DNA of 64,000 nucleotides from Mobula hypostoma (Eukaryota). Below are positions 63,568-64,000 of the stretch, one piece after another. The position numbers and the translations under genes were made by a program. The notes below the pieces were generated by a model, which saw only the letters and a list, made by a program, of their open reading frames with translations, was not told the DNA's origin and did no database searches. How positions within the stretch are numbered: position 1 is the first letter of the stretch; the number at the start of each line of letters is the position of its first letter. The stretch is from the NCBI RefSeq assembly GCF_963921235.1, contig NC_086097.1, positions 141,610,001-141,674,000 on the forward strand. Reading direction: 5' to 3'.

Positions 63568-64000
63568 CAGTACCTAGACAAAGTATTCATCTCCCCTTGG
63601 AAGTTTTCATGTTTTATTGTTTTACAACTTTGAATCTCAGTGGATTTGGCTTTTTTGACACTGATCAATAGAAAAAGACTCTTTCGTGTCAAAGTGAAAA
63701 CAGATCTCTAAAAAGATAACTAAATTAATTAGAAATATAAAATTCAAAATAATTGATTGTGTAAGTATTCATCTCTTTTAGTATGGCACAGTAAATCATC
63801 ATTGATGTAGCCAATTGGTTTTAGAAGTCACATAATTAGTTAAATGGAGATCACCATGTTCAGTCAAGGTGTAGTTCTGAAAGGTCCAACTGCTGGTGAG
63901 TCAGTATCCTGGCAAAAACTACGCCATGAAGTCAAAAGAACACTCCAAGCAACTCCACGAAAAGGTTATTGAAAAGCACAAGTCAGGAGATGGATACATG
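63568..64000 (+). mobile_element. Second Tc1 copy (left TIR and transposase start), runs off the window
   Basis: Collinear with 30241-30700; 'MKSKEHSKQLHEKVIEKHKSGDGY' from about 63926. Confidence 0.9.

Overview
Vertebrate genomic DNA, most likely a cartilaginous fish (shark/ray); this is inferred from the repeat repertoire (esterase-bearing CR1, Rex/Babar LINEs, V-domain SINEs, Penelope ends) and not proven. The whole window lies inside one minus-strand gene. Six GT-AG exons (63269-63342, 61401-61493, 42581-42711, 23807-23928, 7736-7880, 3057-3164) splice in phase into an uninterrupted peptide resembling NME8/TXNDC3: a degenerate first NDK domain and most of the second. Most of these exons are absent from the ORF track. 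The introns (1.8-18.7 kb) are mostly stacked, nested transposons. These include a BEL/Pao element with both LTRs and a 5-bp TSD, holding a Tf1/sushi-type Gypsy that itself holds a solo LTR and a Tigger-like element. There is also a Mag-lineage Gypsy with both LTRs, TSD and tRNA-Ser PBS, plus Tc1 copies, Rex/Babar LINEs, many CR1 copies, Penelope remnants, SINEs and tiny MITEs. Most notable observations: (1) a self-priming (tRNA-free) signature in the sushi-type LTR; (2) minimal hammerhead-ribozyme motifs in Penelope-derived ends; (3) a CR1 whose ORF1 esterase reads in frame into the ORF2 endonuclease; (4) a non-catalytic, NME8-like NDK architecture. All coordinates and alignments were made by eye and no database searches were run.
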